A stretch of 64,000 nucleotides of DNA. Source: Candidatus Hydrogenedentota bacterium. Lineage in GTDB: Bacteria; Hydrogenedentota; Hydrogenedentia; Hydrogenedentales; GCA-2746185. Of the stretch, positions 62,702 through 64,000 are shown in pieces. The notes beneath the pieces were generated by a model. The model searched no databases and was not told the DNA's origin. It worked only from the letters and a program-made list of their open reading frames with translations. The translations under genes and the position numbers were made by a program. Every line of letters begins with the position of its first letter. Positions within the stretch are counted from its first letter, which is position 1. The stretch is taken from contig JAYGCN010000011.1 in NCBI GenBank assembly GCA_046583315.1, forward strand, positions 1 through 64,000, written 5' to 3'.

Positions 62702-63811
62702 ATGGGGATTACGGTTGACCACATAGCCAAGTCGATTCGCGGGCAGGAGATCCTGCGCGACATATCCTTCGACGTGGCGGATGGAGATTTTGCGACAATC
62801 CTGGGCGCAACGGGTTCCGGCAAAACATCCCTGTTGCGTATTATTGCAGGCATTGACCGTCCCGATGCCGGTCGTATTCTCTTCGACGGCGAAGATGTCA
62901 CCGCATGGCCTGTGCAACGCCGAAATGTCGCCTTTGTGTATCAACAATTCGTCAACTACCCCTCCCTCACTGTCTTCGAAAATATCGCCTCGCCATTGCG
63001 GGTCAGCAAAGCATCCCTTAGCAAAGAGGAACTCACGCGCAGAGTCGATGAGACCGCGGAACTACTCGGATTGAGCGCCATACTGCACCACCGACCCGAA
63101 GAAATCAGTGGCGGCCAACAACAACGCTGCGCCATCGCGCGCGCACTCGTGAAAGGTTCGAAGTATATTTTCCTGGACGAGCCACTGGCGAATCTGGACT
63201 ATAAACTGCGCGAAGAATTGCGTGGCGAACTCAAACGCATCTTTCGTGATCGGGGTGGATGCGCCATTTACGCGACTCCTGAACCCGTGGACGCGCTCTC
63301 CATGGCGACACACGTCGGCTACATGCAGGACGGTCAACTCGTGCAATACGGTCCGACGCAAGAGGTCTACAAACGGCCCGCCCATCGTGATGTAGGTGCG
63401 TACTTCAGTTATCCGGAAATGAACATTCTTTCCTGCATAGCGTGCGAAGAAAATGACGCCTTATGGATCAAAGTCTCCGATTCGTTCCGCATTCCCTGGC
63501 CCTGGGACAGAGATGACTATAGGCCGGGTGAATACCTTGTCGGCATACGCGCCCACGAATTGCGCCCAACCCTCGAAAGCGAAAACACACACCTCAGGGG
63601 CACAGTCGAACTCGCCGAGGTGGTCGGTTCGGACACGGAGCTGCACCTAAAACATGAGTCGCACTCCTTGCTCGCGTTGCTTCCCTCGTTAAAAACTTTT
63701 TCGATAGGCGATTCCATCTCGCTTACCCTTTCGCCAGAGAAGTGTTTCCTTTTTGATGCGACGACCGGCGAACTAAAACACGTGCCCGCGTCTGATGCGG
63801 TAGGGGTATAA
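62702..63811 (+). CDS. Sugar/polyol ABC ATPase (glycerol ABC GlpS-like)
   Basis: GATGSGKT, VYQQFVNYP, SGGQQQR, DEPLANLDYKLREELR, YATPEP. Confidence 0.88.
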   Translation: MGITVDHIAKSIRGQEILRDISFDVADGDFATILGATGSGKTSLLRIIAGIDRPDAGRILFDGEDVTAWPVQRRNVAFVYQQFVNYPSLTVFENIASPLRVSKASLSKEELTRRVDETAELLGLSAILHHRPEEISGGQQQRCAIARALVKGSKYIFLDEPLANLDYKLREELRGELKRIFRDRGGCAIYATPEPVDALSMATHVGYMQDGQLVQYGPTQEVYKRPAHRDVGAYFSYPEMNILSCIACEENDALWIKVSDSFRIPWPWDRDDYRPGEYLVGIRAHELRPTLESENTHLRGTVELAEVVGSDTELHLKHESHSLLALLPSLKTFSIGDSISLTLSPEKCFLFDATTGELKHVPASDAVGV

Positions 63812-63813
63812 CC

Positions 63814-64000
63814 GTGGCGCGCATCGAAATGAAAAATATCGGGCATCGCTACAGTGCCGACGCGGACAAAAGCGGATTCGCCCTGGAAGCCCTCAACATG
63901 ACGTGGCAAGATGCCTCGGCCAACGCATTACTCGGGCCGTCAGGCTGCGGAAAAACGACGCTACTGAACATGATTTCCGGCCTGTTGCGCCCCCAGACCG
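63814..64000 (+). CDS. Second ABC ATPase of a glycerol-type ABC system (partial)
   Basis: GTG start MARIEMKNIGHRY..ALLGPSGCGKTTLLNMISGL. Confidence 0.85.
   Translation, partial: MARIEMKNIGHRYSADADKSGFALEALNMTWQDASANALLGPSGCGKTTLLNMISGLLRPQT

Overview
Bacterial chromosomal window, probably Candidatus Hydrogenedentota or a relative. This is inferred from the DUF1559 prepilin-like protein carrying [20 protein letters not shown] and from the Planctomycete-type DUF1501/PSD1 genes. Bases 1-10800 are an accessory mosaic. It holds a spermidine-dehydrogenase-like gene, a TetR regulator with tandem operators, and an orphan 3' fragment of tRNA-fMet flanked on both sides by integrase arm-type repeats. 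It also holds remnants and termini of two rve-integrase IS-like families, an HxlR-linked acetylene-hydratase-family W/Mo enzyme, an ABC-2 exporter, and a hidden selenoprotein (peroxiredoxin-like W-U-P-P-C, split by the ORF caller at UGA 9791-9793). Next come a pentaheme cytochrome c/beta-propeller operon and a 2.6-kb integrase-less islet (ECF sigma, anti-sigma, secreted protein) inserted at tRNA-Ser(GGA). The rest is mostly core or lineage-typical: esterase, haloalkane dehalogenase, sulfotransferase, ABC exporter, sufBCDSU, nadA, thrS, radical SAM, DUF1501/PSD1, trxA, asd, DsbD-like, YyaL-like, ExeA-like, and glycerol-type ABC ATPases. Several genes carry single lesions (sufC TAA; frameshifts near 23732, 41997 and 61280), which may be real decay or assembly error. 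No CRISPR array or rRNA was seen. All family assignments are from motif recognition, not database searches.
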